In this document: one piece after another, positions 27,761 through 38,205 of the stretch
Layout of the letters: each line of letters begins with the position of its first letter
Position numbering within the stretch: position 1 is the stretch's first letter
NCBI GenBank assembly: GCA_035646915.1
Contig: DASROK010000472.1
Span: 6,600-70,599 of the forward strand
Length of the DNA stretch: 64,000 bases
Direction of reading: 5' to 3'
From: Gemmatimonadaceae bacterium
Lineage (GTDB): Bacteria; Gemmatimonadota; Gemmatimonadetes; Gemmatimonadales; Gemmatimonadaceae
Notes under the pieces: model-generated
The model's input: the letters and a program-made list of their open reading frames with translations, nothing else
Database searches by the model: none
Told to the model about the DNA's origin: nothing
Made by a program: the position numbers and the translations under genes

Positions 27761-29163
27761 TACTCTACACCTCGCGTCGCAAGCTCCTGAGTGGTCAGAC
27801 CAAGCTGCTGGCGAGACGCCGGATCGATAAGCACTCCAGTAATTCTTGGCTTGTTGATTATGTACTTCGTCGCATACGCGCGAAGGTCTTCGACATTCTG
27901 TTTTGCCATATTGTCGACGTAGCCCATGTAGTACTCGAGATCCGCCACACTCCACCAGAAGCCGAGCGTATGCGCAAAGCCCGAAGATCGTTCGCGATCG
28001 AATGCAGATGTCACCGCACGATGAGCCTTGACCGATTCAAGCTCGCCGGCATCGAAGTACCCGGACTCATCGAATTTTGCGATTTCCGCCTCGAGAGCCT
28101 TGAGAGCCTTTCTTAGATTTCCCGGCGACGTCTGACCACTGATCGTGATCGGCCCGACATTGTTCAGCGTGTAGTAGTTGACCCCCATGCTCTGCCATAA
28201 TCCGCTGTCGACCAGTCGTTGCTGGAAGTTCGAGCCTGGATCATTCAGGACATCGGAGAAGACGTCGGCTGCATATGTCGACCTGGGATCCTTTCCGACG
28301 CTTGGTCCCTGCCATTGAAGAAAGACCGTTACGGCGCCGACTCCCGCCTCAACCACAACTCCCTGATCCTTTGTGAGAGCAGGAATCGCTGGAATTGGAT
28401 CCGCCGCAAATGGGTCAGGACCTTTCTCCCACTTGCCAAGCTCCCGCTCCGCAGACGCAAATACCTGTTCTGGATTTACATCACCTGCGACGATCAGAAC
28501 TGAATTGTTGGGGACGTAATACTTACGCTGAATCGTCCGCATTTTTTCCGGCGTGGTCGTGAGAATGACCTGGCGGTCACCGATCACGTTCTTGCGGCTG
28601 AAGTTCCCCGGATAAAGAAGCTTGTCCATTTCTCGATTCAGCTGAAAGAATGGGCTCGATTCGTTGCGGTCGTATTCACCGATCACGACTTGGCGTTCAC
28701 GCTCGAGCTCATCCTGGCGGAAAAGCGGAGCGAGCAGTGCTGAGGCGAGAAACCGAATCCCGGCATCCATGCTGTCTGCGGAAACGGTCAGGTAATAGTT
28801 GACGCGCTCTTCCGCTGTGGTTCCGTTGAATACGGCTCCGAGATCTCCCGCGCGTCCAACAAAAGCTTCCGGATCGGGGAACTTCGAGTTCGCGCGGAAA
28901 AACATATGCTCGTACATATGCGCGAGCCCGGCATACTCAGGGCTTTGTGTGAATGAGCCGTTCTTTACGTCCACTTCTATGGTTGCGAGCGGAACGCCGT
29001 GATTCTCTACTACGATTACTTCCAGCCCGTTGGCGAGAACTTTCCGCTTGATGATTTTTTCGAGCTCTGCCCGTTGAGCAGAGACAATTGATGGCACGAT
29101 GAAAGCACCAGCGAGCATGAGCATAGTGGCGAGCCACGCCCGACTGCGATTTCTTTGAGACAT
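27760..29163 (-). CDS. M16B zinc peptidase, catalytic subunit
   Basis: GLAHMYEHMFF and ERERQVVIGE motifs; signal peptide. Confidence 0.93.
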   Translation of the reverse strand: MSQRNRSRAWLATMLMLAGAFIVPSIVSAQRAELEKIIKRKVLANGLEVIVVENHGVPLATIEVDVKNGSFTQSPEYAGLAHMYEHMFFRANSKFPDPEAFVGRAGDLGAVFNGTTAEERVNYYLTVSADSMDAGIRFLASALLAPLFRQDELERERQVVIGEYDRNESSPFFQLNREMDKLLYPGNFSRKNVIGDRQVILTTTPEKMRTIQRKYYVPNNSVLIVAGDVNPEQVFASAERELGKWEKGPDPFAADPIPAIPALTKDQGVVVEAGVGAVTVFLQWQGPSVGKDPRSTYAADVFSDVLNDPGSNFQQRLVDSGLWQSMGVNYYTLNNVGPITISGQTSPGNLRKALKALEAEIAKFDESGYFDAGELESVKAHRAVTSAFDRERSSGFAHTLGFWWSVADLEYYMGYVDNMAKQNVEDLRAYATKYIINKPRITGVLIDPASRQQLGLTTQELATRGVE

Positions 29164-29181
29164 TGTGTTCAATGAGCCTCG

Positions 29182-30117
29182 ATGATTGACAAGCACGAAC
29201 AGTTAGCCGCCCAGCTCAACTCTTCCCAGCTGAAGCGCGGCGAGCCTCTATCTCCATACACCACATTCCGTATCGGTGGTCCTGCAGATCTTTTCTATTC
29301 GACACGGACCGCAGAAGATCTCGCAACCGCGGTGCTCGCGGCAAGGAATCTACAGATTCCTTACTTCGTTCTGGGACTTGGCGCGAATATCCTCGTTGGC
29401 GATAAGGGATTTCGCGGTATCGTGATTCGAAACCACGCGAGTCATTTCAAATTCTCGGACTCAGGTGAGCTATGGGTCGAGAGTGGTGCCGTAGTTGGTG
29501 AGCTCATCCCCGAAGCTGTCGAGCGCGGATGGTCCGGCCTCGAGCATTACGTCGGCATCCCGAGCACCGTCGGCGGTGCCGTGTGGCAGAACCTGCATTT
29601 TCTCGAGCCCGAACCGGAACGAAAGAAAACGATGTTCATCGCGGAAGTCTTCAAATCCTGTGAGCTGCTCACCCAGGAAGGAGACCGAAAGACCGTCAAC
29701 GCCGATTACATGCAGTTTGGATATGACACAAGTGTGCTACATCATCGAGGCGATATAGCACTTGCGGTGACCTTCCAGCTGGAACGCGGCGATACTGCCG
29801 TAATGCATCGCATCATGCAGGAGAATCTGAGCTGGCGCGGAGCCAGACACCCGTGGCTTCAGTTTCATCCGAGCGCCGGGTCGATCTTCAAGAAGATCGA
29901 AGGAATGGGCGCTGGCCGGCTCATCGATCAATGCGGTCTCAAGGGATATCGCCACGGGAGCGCGCAGATATCGCATATTCACGCGAACATCATGGTAAAC
30001 CTGGGCGGTGCAACCGCCAAAGATGTTCGAGAGTTGATCGTCATTGCGCAGGACGCAGTCGAAAAGAAGTTCGGCGTCCGGCTCGAGCCCGAGATCGGAT
30101 TTATCGGAGAGTTCTAG
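29182..30117 (+). CDS. murB: UDP-N-acetylenolpyruvoylglucosamine reductase
   Basis: TTFRIGGPAD, GLGANILV, GIPSTVGGA, SAGSIFK, HANIMVN and LEPE motifs. Confidence 0.93.
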   Translation: MIDKHEQLAAQLNSSQLKRGEPLSPYTTFRIGGPADLFYSTRTAEDLATAVLAARNLQIPYFVLGLGANILVGDKGFRGIVIRNHASHFKFSDSGELWVESGAVVGELIPEAVERGWSGLEHYVGIPSTVGGAVWQNLHFLEPEPERKKTMFIAEVFKSCELLTQEGDRKTVNADYMQFGYDTSVLHHRGDIALAVTFQLERGDTAVMHRIMQENLSWRGARHPWLQFHPSAGSIFKKIEGMGAGRLIDQCGLKGYRHGSAQISHIHANIMVNLGGATAKDVRELIVIAQDAVEKKFGVRLEPEIGFIGEF

Positions 30118-32066
30118 GCTCTCGCTGCTTCTTCAGCTGCTTCAGTCGCGGTCGTCCAATTCTCGATCGCCTTGTCGAGTCTCTTCTTGAGCTTGTCGAG
30201 CTCGGTACCCGCTTCGAGAGACCTCCGTTTGCCTGAATCCGTCGTATAGAGAGCGGGATCAGCCAGCTCTGTGGTAAGCTCTGCGATTTTCTTCTCGAGA
30301 TCCGCCACTTCCCGCTCAGCGTCTTCTGCTTTACGCCGCGCCTCGCGTGAAGCGTCGCGCTGTTTCTCCCTGTCTTCTTCGCGTCGCTTTGTTTTCTGTT
30401 TCTCGTGCACGCGTCGCAGCGCTTCCTCTTCGGCTGCATTCACCTGCGCAGCGTGCTCACGCTCTTCGCTGGCAATTTCCCATTCGCCAAATCCGCCGCC
30501 GAAGTCAGTGATCCTCGAATCGTGAAGTACCCACACACGGTTGACTAGAACGCGCAGCAACTCTCGATCATGGCTGACGAGAAGCACCGAGCCATCGTAT
30601 TCCTGAAGCGCATCCTCGAGTGATTCAATCGATTCGACATCGAGGTGATTGGTCGGCTCATCCAGTATCAACAGGTTTGCGTGAGAGAGCACGATCATCG
30701 CGAGTGCGAGTCGAGCTCGCTCTCCTCCCGACAGCGTCGATGCAGTGCGTTGTACTTCGTCTCCCGAAAAACCAAACCGCGCGAGATGGCTTTGTACTGC
30801 ACGGCGTTCCCACAATGGTCGGAGGTCGGCGATGACATCGTACATCGACTTGTCCATCGGCACCTGGCTCAAGTCCTGTCTGTAGAACGCCGGAGCAATT
30901 GATCCACCGAGCTTGAGCTCGCCATCAATCGTTTCCAGCTCGCCGAGCAGTGTGCGTAACAGCGTTGATTTGCCGGCACCGTTGGGTCCGATCAAGCCGA
31001 CAATCTCTCCCCGCTTGAGCACGGTCGTGAAATCACGAACGAGTGGCCGGCCGTCGATGCCGACAGTCACATGATCTGCAACTACAACCTGATCGCCGCC
31101 TCGCTCCCCTGCAGTAAGTCGCAATGCCAGCGACGATGCTTCGCCAGCAACTGGAGAACCAAGCCGCGGCAGACGCTCGAGTCTTTTCCGCCGTCCTTTT
31201 GCCTGTTTTGAATTCTGTCCGGCAATATTGCGGCGGATGTAGTCTTCCTGCGACGCGATGCTCTTTTGTTGTTTGTCGAAGGCACGTTGTTGTGTCAGTC
31301 GCTGCTGTGCGCGCTGCTCCACGAACGATGCATATCCGCCCGTATATGCGAAGGCGGTATCTCCCTCGAAATGCAGAACATGATCGACAACGTTCGCGAG
31401 AAACGCGCGATCGTGGCTGATGAGTAGAATGGTTTTGTCGGTTGACTGCAGGTATTCCTCGAGCCACCGCGTTGTGTCGAGATCGAGGTGGTTGGTGGGC
31501 TCATCGAGCAACAGTACGTCTGCTGGACTCACCAGTTGTCGGGCAAGGCCTAGCCTCCCGCGTTCTCCACCGCTCAGCTGCTGAAGCAAGCGTGTGCGCG
31601 CTTCTACCGGATCGAACCCAAGTCCGTGAAGAACGGCATCGACGCGAGGAGCAAACGTATATCCGCCTTCTCGATCGAATTTCTCCAGGTCCCTGTCGTA
31701 ACGGGCAAGCATCGCAGGTGTGGATCGCTCTCCAAGCTCTCCGATCTTTACCGCCTGTTCTCCCAGGGACTGCTCGAGCGCGAGCAGATCTGCGAACGGG
31801 CCAGCAGCCGCTTCCCATACCGTCGCTGCTTCACCAAAGTCGCGATGCTGTTCGAGAAGTGTGACGCGAACGCCGGGTTGACGCGCAATCATTCCCGACG
31901 TCGGCTCCTGTTCACCAGTGATCAGCCGGAAGAGAGTCGTCTTGCCCGTTCCATTGCGGCCAATGATTCCCCAGCGGTCTCCTTTCGCCGCTGTGAATGT
32001 CACGTCCCTGAAGAGTGTCGTTGCGCCGAATTGAACCATTGCGCCTGACACGGAAACTAAAGTCAA
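30114..32066 (-). CDS. ABC-F family ATPase with C-terminal coiled coil
   Basis: two ABC domains (GRNGTGKT and GPNGAGKS; LSGGE; DEPTNHLD twice), no TM segments. Confidence 0.95.
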   Translation of the reverse strand: MTLVSVSGAMVQFGATTLFRDVTFTAAKGDRWGIIGRNGTGKTTLFRLITGEQEPTSGMIARQPGVRVTLLEQHRDFGEAATVWEAAAGPFADLLALEQSLGEQAVKIGELGERSTPAMLARYDRDLEKFDREGGYTFAPRVDAVLHGLGFDPVEARTRLLQQLSGGERGRLGLARQLVSPADVLLLDEPTNHLDLDTTRWLEEYLQSTDKTILLISHDRAFLANVVDHVLHFEGDTAFAYTGGYASFVEQRAQQRLTQQRAFDKQQKSIASQEDYIRRNIAGQNSKQAKGRRKRLERLPRLGSPVAGEASSLALRLTAGERGGDQVVVADHVTVGIDGRPLVRDFTTVLKRGEIVGLIGPNGAGKSTLLRTLLGELETIDGELKLGGSIAPAFYRQDLSQVPMDKSMYDVIADLRPLWERRAVQSHLARFGFSGDEVQRTASTLSGGERARLALAMIVLSHANLLILDEPTNHLDVESIESLEDALQEYDGSVLLVSHDRELLRVLVNRVWVLHDSRITDFGGGFGEWEIASEEREHAAQVNAAEEEALRRVHEKQKTKRREEDREKQRDASREARRKAEDAEREVADLEKKIAELTTELADPALYTTDSGKRRSLEAGTELDKLKKRLDKAIENWTTATEAAEEAARA

Positions 32067-33172
32067 TCGCGAACAGCCTGCTCGCAGGCGGCAAAGCAGT
32101 TCTTCAGCGTCGTGACGGTGTGGTCACCCATGTGCCCGATGCGGAACGTCGTATCACCGAGCTTTCCATATCCGGTAGCAACCTGAATTCCGCGTGCTTT
32201 TACTTTCTGCACGAACGCTCGCCCTGAAATTGATTCTGGAAGCTGAACTGTCGATACCGTTGGTGACCGAGAACCCGCTTTCACGATGTTACGCCATCCA
32301 ACACCAAGCCGGCGCGAGCTTTCTTCGAGCCACTCGCTCGTCGCCTTCAGCATTTCGGAGTGACGGGTCCACCGATTTTCGATTCCTTCTTTCCTGATCC
32401 ACTCGAGCTGAACCTCGAGCGCATACATCAGCGAGAACGCCGGGGTTGCGGGTGTTTGGTTCTGCAAAGCGTAGCGATCCATCTCCACGATATCGAAATA
32501 GACTCCGCGATTTGTCACTTTCTTCGCCTGCTCGACGAGTTTCTCTGATGCAACACCGAACGCGAGACCTGATGGCAGTGCAAAGGATTTCTGCGATCCC
32601 GTAAGAACGTAATCGAGATTCCACTCATCGAATCTGAGCTCTGCGCCAGCAAGACCGCTCACGCTGTCGATCATGCATAGCGCCTCATGTTGGTGTGCAA
32701 GATCGGAAATTGCCCGAATGTCGTTCAGCGCACCTGTCGAAGTTTCCGAATGCGTAGCGGTGATCGCCCGGTATTCTTTCCTCGAGAGAAAGTCTTCGAG
32801 CTTCTCGGTCGAGTGCACTTCTCCCCACGGCTCTTCATATCTGTCAACTTCACGACCGCACATTTCCGCTATATGAGCAAAGCGTTCGGAGAACGCGCCG
32901 TTGACGAGCGAGAGAATCCGCCCCGGAGGAAGTGCCCGAATCGCTGCTTCCATCATTCCGGTTCCCGAAGATGCAGCGATGTATACCGGACGACGAGTGA
33001 AAAAAACTTGTCGCAAACCCTGCTGAAGCCGGCCAAACAGCTCCTCGAACTCGGCGCTCCGGTGCGGTATCATCGGCTTGAGCATTGCTGCCAGCACTTC
33101 CTGCCGGACTTCGGTCGGGCCAGGAAGAAAAAAAGTTCCAAATGAATTCACTTTGCTGTCCATGATTTCCAT
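32063..33172 (-). CDS. class V PLP aminotransferase (alanine-glyoxylate / serine-pyruvate type)
   Basis: LPGPT, HSETSTG, DSVS, GSQK and FRIGHMG motifs. Confidence 0.92.
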   Translation of the reverse strand: MEIMDSKVNSFGTFFLPGPTEVRQEVLAAMLKPMIPHRSAEFEELFGRLQQGLRQVFFTRRPVYIAASSGTGMMEAAIRALPPGRILSLVNGAFSERFAHIAEMCGREVDRYEEPWGEVHSTEKLEDFLSRKEYRAITATHSETSTGALNDIRAISDLAHQHEALCMIDSVSGLAGAELRFDEWNLDYVLTGSQKSFALPSGLAFGVASEKLVEQAKKVTNRGVYFDIVEMDRYALQNQTPATPAFSLMYALEVQLEWIRKEGIENRWTRHSEMLKATSEWLEESSRRLGVGWRNIVKAGSRSPTVSTVQLPESISGRAFVQKVKARGIQVATGYGKLGDTTFRIGHMGDHTVTTLKNCFAACEQAVRD

Positions 33173-33495
33173 GTCTCTTCAGCGAGACCGATTGTCAGCT
33201 GATTGTTGTTTCGTACTAATGGCATCTTCAAAAGCATAGGCTCATCTGCGAGCTTCGTCAGCCAGCTGTCGTCCGACATTCTAGCGTGTCTCAAGCCCAG
33301 ATCCTGAAATCTCGCCGAGTTTGAGTCTATCAGTGCGCCGATTCCGAATTTCTGCGCGAATCGCTTCAGCTCTCCCAGGGAAGCGGCACGCTCATTCAGA
33401 TCCACGAAGTGAGTCTTTATTCTTCGCTCGGAAAAGAAGCGCAGTGCTTTTCGCGTGTCTGCGCTCTTCCGGATTCCGAAGATCTGTACTTCCAT
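33148..33495 (-). CDS. ArsC/Spx/YffB-family protein without Cys
   Basis: IFG....DTRKALRFF and PMLLKMPLV patterns. Confidence 0.8.
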   Translation of the reverse strand: MEVQIFGIRKSADTRKALRFFSERRIKTHFVDLNERAASLGELKRFAQKFGIGALIDSNSARFQDLGLRHARMSDDSWLTKLADEPMLLKMPLVRNNNQLTIGLAEETWKSWTAK

Positions 33496-34477
33496 GACCT
33501 CGTCCTTTTCTCCTGCGTGGTGGCTGCGCGGTGCTCACCGCCAGACTTTCTGGGGCAAGTTTTTCCGTAGGCTCGACGTGCATGATACTCGTATCGAGCG
33601 GCTGGAGACACCCGACGGCGACTTTCTCGATCTGCATCACCTCGATGCGCCACCAGGGGCTCCCATTCTGGTCCTGCTTCACGGCCTCGAGGGCTCGGTA
33701 CGCTCGCATTACATCCAGGGTCTTCTGTCCAAAGCGAAAAAGCGGGGGTGGCGTGCCGCTGTGCTCATCTTCAGGTCATGCGGCGGCGAATCAAACCGTA
33801 CTCGTCGCTCTTATCATTCCGGCGAAACGACCGATATTGCGTTCGCGTTGAATCATCTGGAATCGGCGTTTCCTCATGTTCCGATTGTTCTCGCCGGTGT
33901 TTCGCTTGGCGGTAATGTGCTCCTCAAGTTTCTGGGTGAGCAGGGCAGCAGTATTTCAAGGCGGATCAAGGCCGCCGCTGCTGTGTCGGTTCCGTATGAC
34001 CTCGCACGATCCTCACGACACATCGATGAAGGCTTCGCCAGGGTGTATCAGTGGAACTTCCTTCGATCACTGAGGCGGAAGGCTCAGGCTAAGCTCGAGA
34101 AGTTTCCCGATCTCGTCTCACGTGACGCCCTCGAGCGGGCAACGACGATGTTCGCGTTTGACGACTGCTTTACGGCTCCTGTCCATGGATTTGAAAACGC
34201 TCGAGATTACTATGCGAAATCGAGCTCCATCAACTGGCTGGAGACTATTAGTATCAATACGCTACTATTGAGCGCGGTTGATGACCCTTTTCTGCCTTCT
34301 CAGGTTCTCGATCAGGCACGCGACAGGGCAGCGAATAATCCACATCTTATAGTCGAGTTCCCGCCGCATGGTGGCCACGTTGGATTTGTTGGAGGACGGA
34401 ACCCATTGTCACCGACTTACTACCTTGAAGAACGGGTGAGCGAGTTTCTTGCACATGAGCTCGAGCATTCTTCCTGA
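33494..34477 (+). CDS. YheT-family alpha/beta hydrolase
   Basis: PAWWL..H.QT, HGLEGS, YHSGET, GVSLGGN, DDPF and GGHVGF motifs. Confidence 0.92.
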   Translation: MTSSFSPAWWLRGAHRQTFWGKFFRRLDVHDTRIERLETPDGDFLDLHHLDAPPGAPILVLLHGLEGSVRSHYIQGLLSKAKKRGWRAAVLIFRSCGGESNRTRRSYHSGETTDIAFALNHLESAFPHVPIVLAGVSLGGNVLLKFLGEQGSSISRRIKAAAAVSVPYDLARSSRHIDEGFARVYQWNFLRSLRRKAQAKLEKFPDLVSRDALERATTMFAFDDCFTAPVHGFENARDYYAKSSSINWLETISINTLLLSAVDDPFLPSQVLDQARDRAANNPHLIVEFPPHGGHVGFVGGRNPLSPTYYLEERVSEFLAHELEHSS

Positions 34478-34495
34478 TCCACCGGAGATCCCCTC

Positions 34496-35389
34496 ATGAA
34501 GATGAGCACAGTTCGATCATTGTCGCTTTTGTCGTTCGCGTTACTGACTGCCTGCACTACCGCACGCTCCAATACAGCTGCTGAGCATGCCGATCACGAC
34601 ACTGTCTCGCCTTCGGTGGGAACAGTTCCGCAAAACGCATCTCTCCCGGCAGATGCTGACAATGCACGCGCGAGACTGAATGCTTCACCACGACACGGTG
34701 AATGGGTGATGATTCCGGCAGGTGCCGACAGTGTGCGCGCCTGGATTGTTTATCCTGAGAGAAAAACGAAAGCACCTGTCGTTGTTGTCGTTCACGAGAT
34801 CTTCGGCCTTAGTCCGTGGATTCGCGCGGTCGCAGACCAGTTTGCGGCAGAAGGGTTCATCGCGATCGCGCCTGATCTCCTGACATCAAAGAATCTTCCA
34901 AATTCCACCGACAGCGTCCCGTCGGATCAGGCCGTTGCTGCGATCAGGACGCTCGATATGAACGATGTACATCGACAGATCAGCGCAGCAGCCAACTATG
35001 CGATGGCACTGCCTTCTGCAGTTCACAAATACGGAATCGTCGGTTTCTGCTGGGGAGGCGGCGTCTCGTTTGAGCACGCAGTGCGATCTCCGTCACTTGG
35101 GGCATCGGTCGTGTACTACGGCGTATCCCCGGCAACGGCATCACTCACGTCCGTCAAAGCGCCAGTGCTCGGCTTATACGGCGGCAATGATGCCCGAGTC
35201 GATGCTACTATCCCGTCTGCCGACACTGCAATGAAAGCGATGGGAAAAACGTATTCACCGAATATCTTCGAGGGCGCTGGTCACGGATTTCTCAGACAGC
35301 AAAGCGGTCAAAACGGAGCGAATCTTAGCGCCACACAAAAAGCGTGGCCCGAAACTGTAGCGTGGTTCAGAAAGTATCTCGGTACGTAA
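34496..35389 (+). CDS. dienelactone hydrolase family lipoprotein
   Basis: HEIFGL, GFCWGG and GAGHGF motifs; lipobox LTAC. Confidence 0.92.
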   Translation: MKMSTVRSLSLLSFALLTACTTARSNTAAEHADHDTVSPSVGTVPQNASLPADADNARARLNASPRHGEWVMIPAGADSVRAWIVYPERKTKAPVVVVVHEIFGLSPWIRAVADQFAAEGFIAIAPDLLTSKNLPNSTDSVPSDQAVAAIRTLDMNDVHRQISAAANYAMALPSAVHKYGIVGFCWGGGVSFEHAVRSPSLGASVVYYGVSPATASLTSVKAPVLGLYGGNDARVDATIPSADTAMKAMGKTYSPNIFEGAGHGFLRQQSGQNGANLSATQKAWPETVAWFRKYLGT

Positions 35390-35392
35390 ACG

Positions 35393-35923
35393 ATGATCAT
35401 GAAGATTTTTTATCTGCTCGTTTTTCTTGTCGGACTTGCCCTGGCAGTCCACGTCATGCTGCACGGAGTGGAACGATGGAAGCGGCGGAGGTCACAGAAG
35501 CCTTCCGCTGTTCTCAACCCGCCGACGGTTGCGGCCCTGGCAGTTGGGCTGGGAGCCAGTGGATACCTGCTATCGTCGAGAACTGCACTCTCGAGAATTC
35601 CTGTTCTGCTCATATCGATTGTCATCGGAGCAGCCGCGCTCACAGGGATGATCGTGCTGATGGCAAAGTGGGCACTGCGAGGCGCGCTTCCGGCACACTC
35701 TGACGAAGAGGAAATCAACGGGCAGGTTGCCACTGTCACCCATGACATCACTCCAGAGAATCCAGGCGAAATCACATGGTATGCATGGGACAGGAAGCAT
35801 GTTCTTCCTGCTCGCGCAATTGGCGAAGCTGAAATCACCGCTGGCACCGAAGTGGTGATCGACGCCGTAGAAGAAGGAGTTGCCAGAGTAGAGCTCTGGT
35901 CGGTAGTCGAACAACGGCTCTAG
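35393..35923 (+). CDS. NfeD-like membrane protein
   Basis: three TM helices plus C-terminal OB-like domain (GQVATV..GEI..ARA..GTEVVI). Confidence 0.75.
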   Translation: MIMKIFYLLVFLVGLALAVHVMLHGVERWKRRRSQKPSAVLNPPTVAALAVGLGASGYLLSSRTALSRIPVLLISIVIGAAALTGMIVLMAKWALRGALPAHSDEEEINGQVATVTHDITPENPGEITWYAWDRKHVLPARAIGEAEITAGTEVVIDAVEEGVARVELWSVVEQRL

Positions 35924-36204
35924 CGCGCCATTGCGTACAGTCGGAGCCACTCCGGCCAGTTTCCGCTCAGCTCGAAAGCATCATCGTAGTACACGATTCC
36001 TTTTTGTTCGAGATACTCGACCATTGGTCCTATCATTTCGTCTGATGGCAGCGGGCCGATTGCGATCAGCGATCCTTCCACCCTGAATTCTGCGTCGGTG
36101 AGGTTGAAGGTCTTGTCGATTTCCGACCGCACCACTGATGCCTTCTCGAACGCCTGCTTTCGAATGAAAAGCGTCGGAAGGCCTGATGAAACCGGCAGGG
36201 GCAT
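35920..36204 (-). CDS. hypothetical protein
   Basis: 94-aa ORF with GGAG RBS; GIVYYDDAFELSGNWPEWL looks like a conserved motif. Confidence 0.75.
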   Translation of the reverse strand: MPLPVSSGLPTLFIRKQAFEKASVVRSEIDKTFNLTDAEFRVEGSLIAIGPLPSDEMIGPMVEYLEQKGIVYYDDAFELSGNWPEWLRLYAMAR

Positions 36205-36264
36205 GCGCCGTTCTCCGTTGATTTGACGCTGACAAACTTCGCATTCAGCGCGTTAGCTTCAATC

Positions 36265-38205
36265 ATGCCTGCAAGTAGTCGCCCAATCTCCCCCGAAGCA
36301 GACTTCGACGTCATAGTCGTCGGTGCCGGTCATGCCGGAACCGAAGCGGCAGTTGCAGCCGCGCGTACAGGTGCAACTGTAGGACTTGTCACCAGTTCTC
36401 TCGAGACGATCGGTCAGATGTCGTGCAATCCGGCGATCGGAGGAGTTGCCAAAGGTACCGTCGTTCGTGAGGTCGATGCCCTTGGCGGCATTATGGGCCG
36501 CGCTACCGACCTCTCTTCGCTGCAGTTCAGGATGCTCAACCGAAGCAAAGGACCAGCAGTCTGGGCGCCTCGTGCGCAGTGCGATCGAGGCATGTATCGC
36601 CGCTCTGTCAGGTCACTGATCGAACAGCATCACCGACTCCAGACAATTCAGGGGACCGTTGCCCGTCTTCTTTTAGATGGCGAAGGAACAGAAGTACACG
36701 GTATCGAGACACTGGAAGGTCGCGCATTTACCAGCAGGTGTGTCGTTATCACGACCGGAACCTTTCTTCGAGGAAGGATCCACATCGGCACCGAAACCAG
36801 CATGGCCGGCGGCAGAGCAGGTGAGAGTTCGGCAACTCATTTAGCCGACCAGCTGGAGTGTGCCGGCCTGACGGTTGAACGATTCAAGACAGGCACGCCC
36901 CCGCGGATCGACGGACGATCAGTCGATTTTTCGAAGCTTCAGCAGCAGGATAGTGAGATAGAGCAGTTCGATTACTCATGGTCTCATTTCTGGATGACGC
37001 CGCGCAAAAATGGTGACGTGACAAGACATCCCGAGCAGATGCCCTGCTGGATCACGCATCTCGACGCTCCAGGAAAGAAGATCATCGAGGAAAACATCGG
37101 ACTTTCCGCAATGTACGGTGGCGCAATCACTGCGCGCGGACCACGGTATTGTCCCTCCGTCGAAGACAAGGTCGTACGATTTCCCGAAGCAGAGCGGCAC
37201 CAGCTTTTTCTCGAGCCTGAAGGCCACGACACTACCGAGCTTTATGTAAACGGCCTGTCGACTTCGCTGCCGGCTCCTGTTCAGCTCGATATCATGCGAT
37301 CAGTTCCCGGACTCGAGAATGTCCGAATGAATCGCGCAGGCTATGCCATCGAATACGACTACTATCCGCCTACGCAGCTCGATTCAACTCTCGAGGTAAA
37401 GGCAATTCGCGGATTGTTCTTCGCAGGACAGATCAACGGAACTACTGGATACGAAGAGGCGGCTGGACAGGGTGTGCTCGCAGGTATCAATGCAGGACGA
37501 GCCGCACTTGGCAACGACAGACTCATCCTCGGCCGCGAGACTTCGTACATCGGTGTTCTCGTCGATGATCTCGTCACGTGTGGTGTCGACGAGCCTTATC
37601 GTCTTTTCACTTCACGATCCGAATTTCGCCTCACTGTTCGACAGGACAACGCGATTCAGCGTCTTGGCGGTATTGCAGAAAGTCTGGGTCTCTACTCAGA
37701 GCAGGAGCGGACAATTGCAGACAACCGACAGCGTGAAGAGGGCGAAGTTAAGGAGCTCGCGGAACGAACGAGCATTACTCCTGAGCAGGCGAGGCCTTTG
37801 CTCGAGCGCGTGAATTCAGCAGCATTGGCACACTCGGTAAAGATTGCCGAGGTTGCACGAAGACATGGTCTTTCGCTGAGCGAGTTGTTTCAGGTAAGCG
37901 GAGTTTCGTTGCGTTTCTCAACGGAGTCACTTCTCTCGGCGGAGCTTGGCATCAAGTACGCTGGGTACTTCGCACGAGAAAAGGAACAGGCAGAACGAAT
38001 GAAGTCGATGGGAGGTTTTCTCATTCCGTCTGATGTCGCTTTCAACGAAATGAGTTCACTCTCGTACGAAGCGCGCCAGAAGCTCACTACCATTCAGCCA
38101 CGTACGCTCGCACAGGCATCTCGCATTCCTGGCGTGAGTCCGAGCGACATTCAGAATCTCGTAATCGAAGTGGAGAAGAGGCGAGCTCGAGCCGGCTCGC
38201 ACTAA
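36265..38205 (+). CDS. mnmG: tRNA U34 carboxymethylaminomethyl modification enzyme
   Basis: GAGHAG, MSCNPAIGG, GPRYCPSVEDK and GQINGTTGYEEAA motifs. Confidence 0.98.
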   Translation: MPASSRPISPEADFDVIVVGAGHAGTEAAVAAARTGATVGLVTSSLETIGQMSCNPAIGGVAKGTVVREVDALGGIMGRATDLSSLQFRMLNRSKGPAVWAPRAQCDRGMYRRSVRSLIEQHHRLQTIQGTVARLLLDGEGTEVHGIETLEGRAFTSRCVVITTGTFLRGRIHIGTETSMAGGRAGESSATHLADQLECAGLTVERFKTGTPPRIDGRSVDFSKLQQQDSEIEQFDYSWSHFWMTPRKNGDVTRHPEQMPCWITHLDAPGKKIIEENIGLSAMYGGAITARGPRYCPSVEDKVVRFPEAERHQLFLEPEGHDTTELYVNGLSTSLPAPVQLDIMRSVPGLENVRMNRAGYAIEYDYYPPTQLDSTLEVKAIRGLFFAGQINGTTGYEEAAGQGVLAGINAGRAALGNDRLILGRETSYIGVLVDDLVTCGVDEPYRLFTSRSEFRLTVRQDNAIQRLGGIAESLGLYSEQERTIADNRQREEGEVKELAERTSITPEQARPLLERVNSAALAHSVKIAEVARRHGLSLSELFQVSGVSLRFSTESLLSAELGIKYAGYFAREKEQAERMKSMGGFLIPSDVAFNEMSSLSYEARQKLTTIQPRTLAQASRIPGVSPSDIQNLVIEVEKRRARAGSH

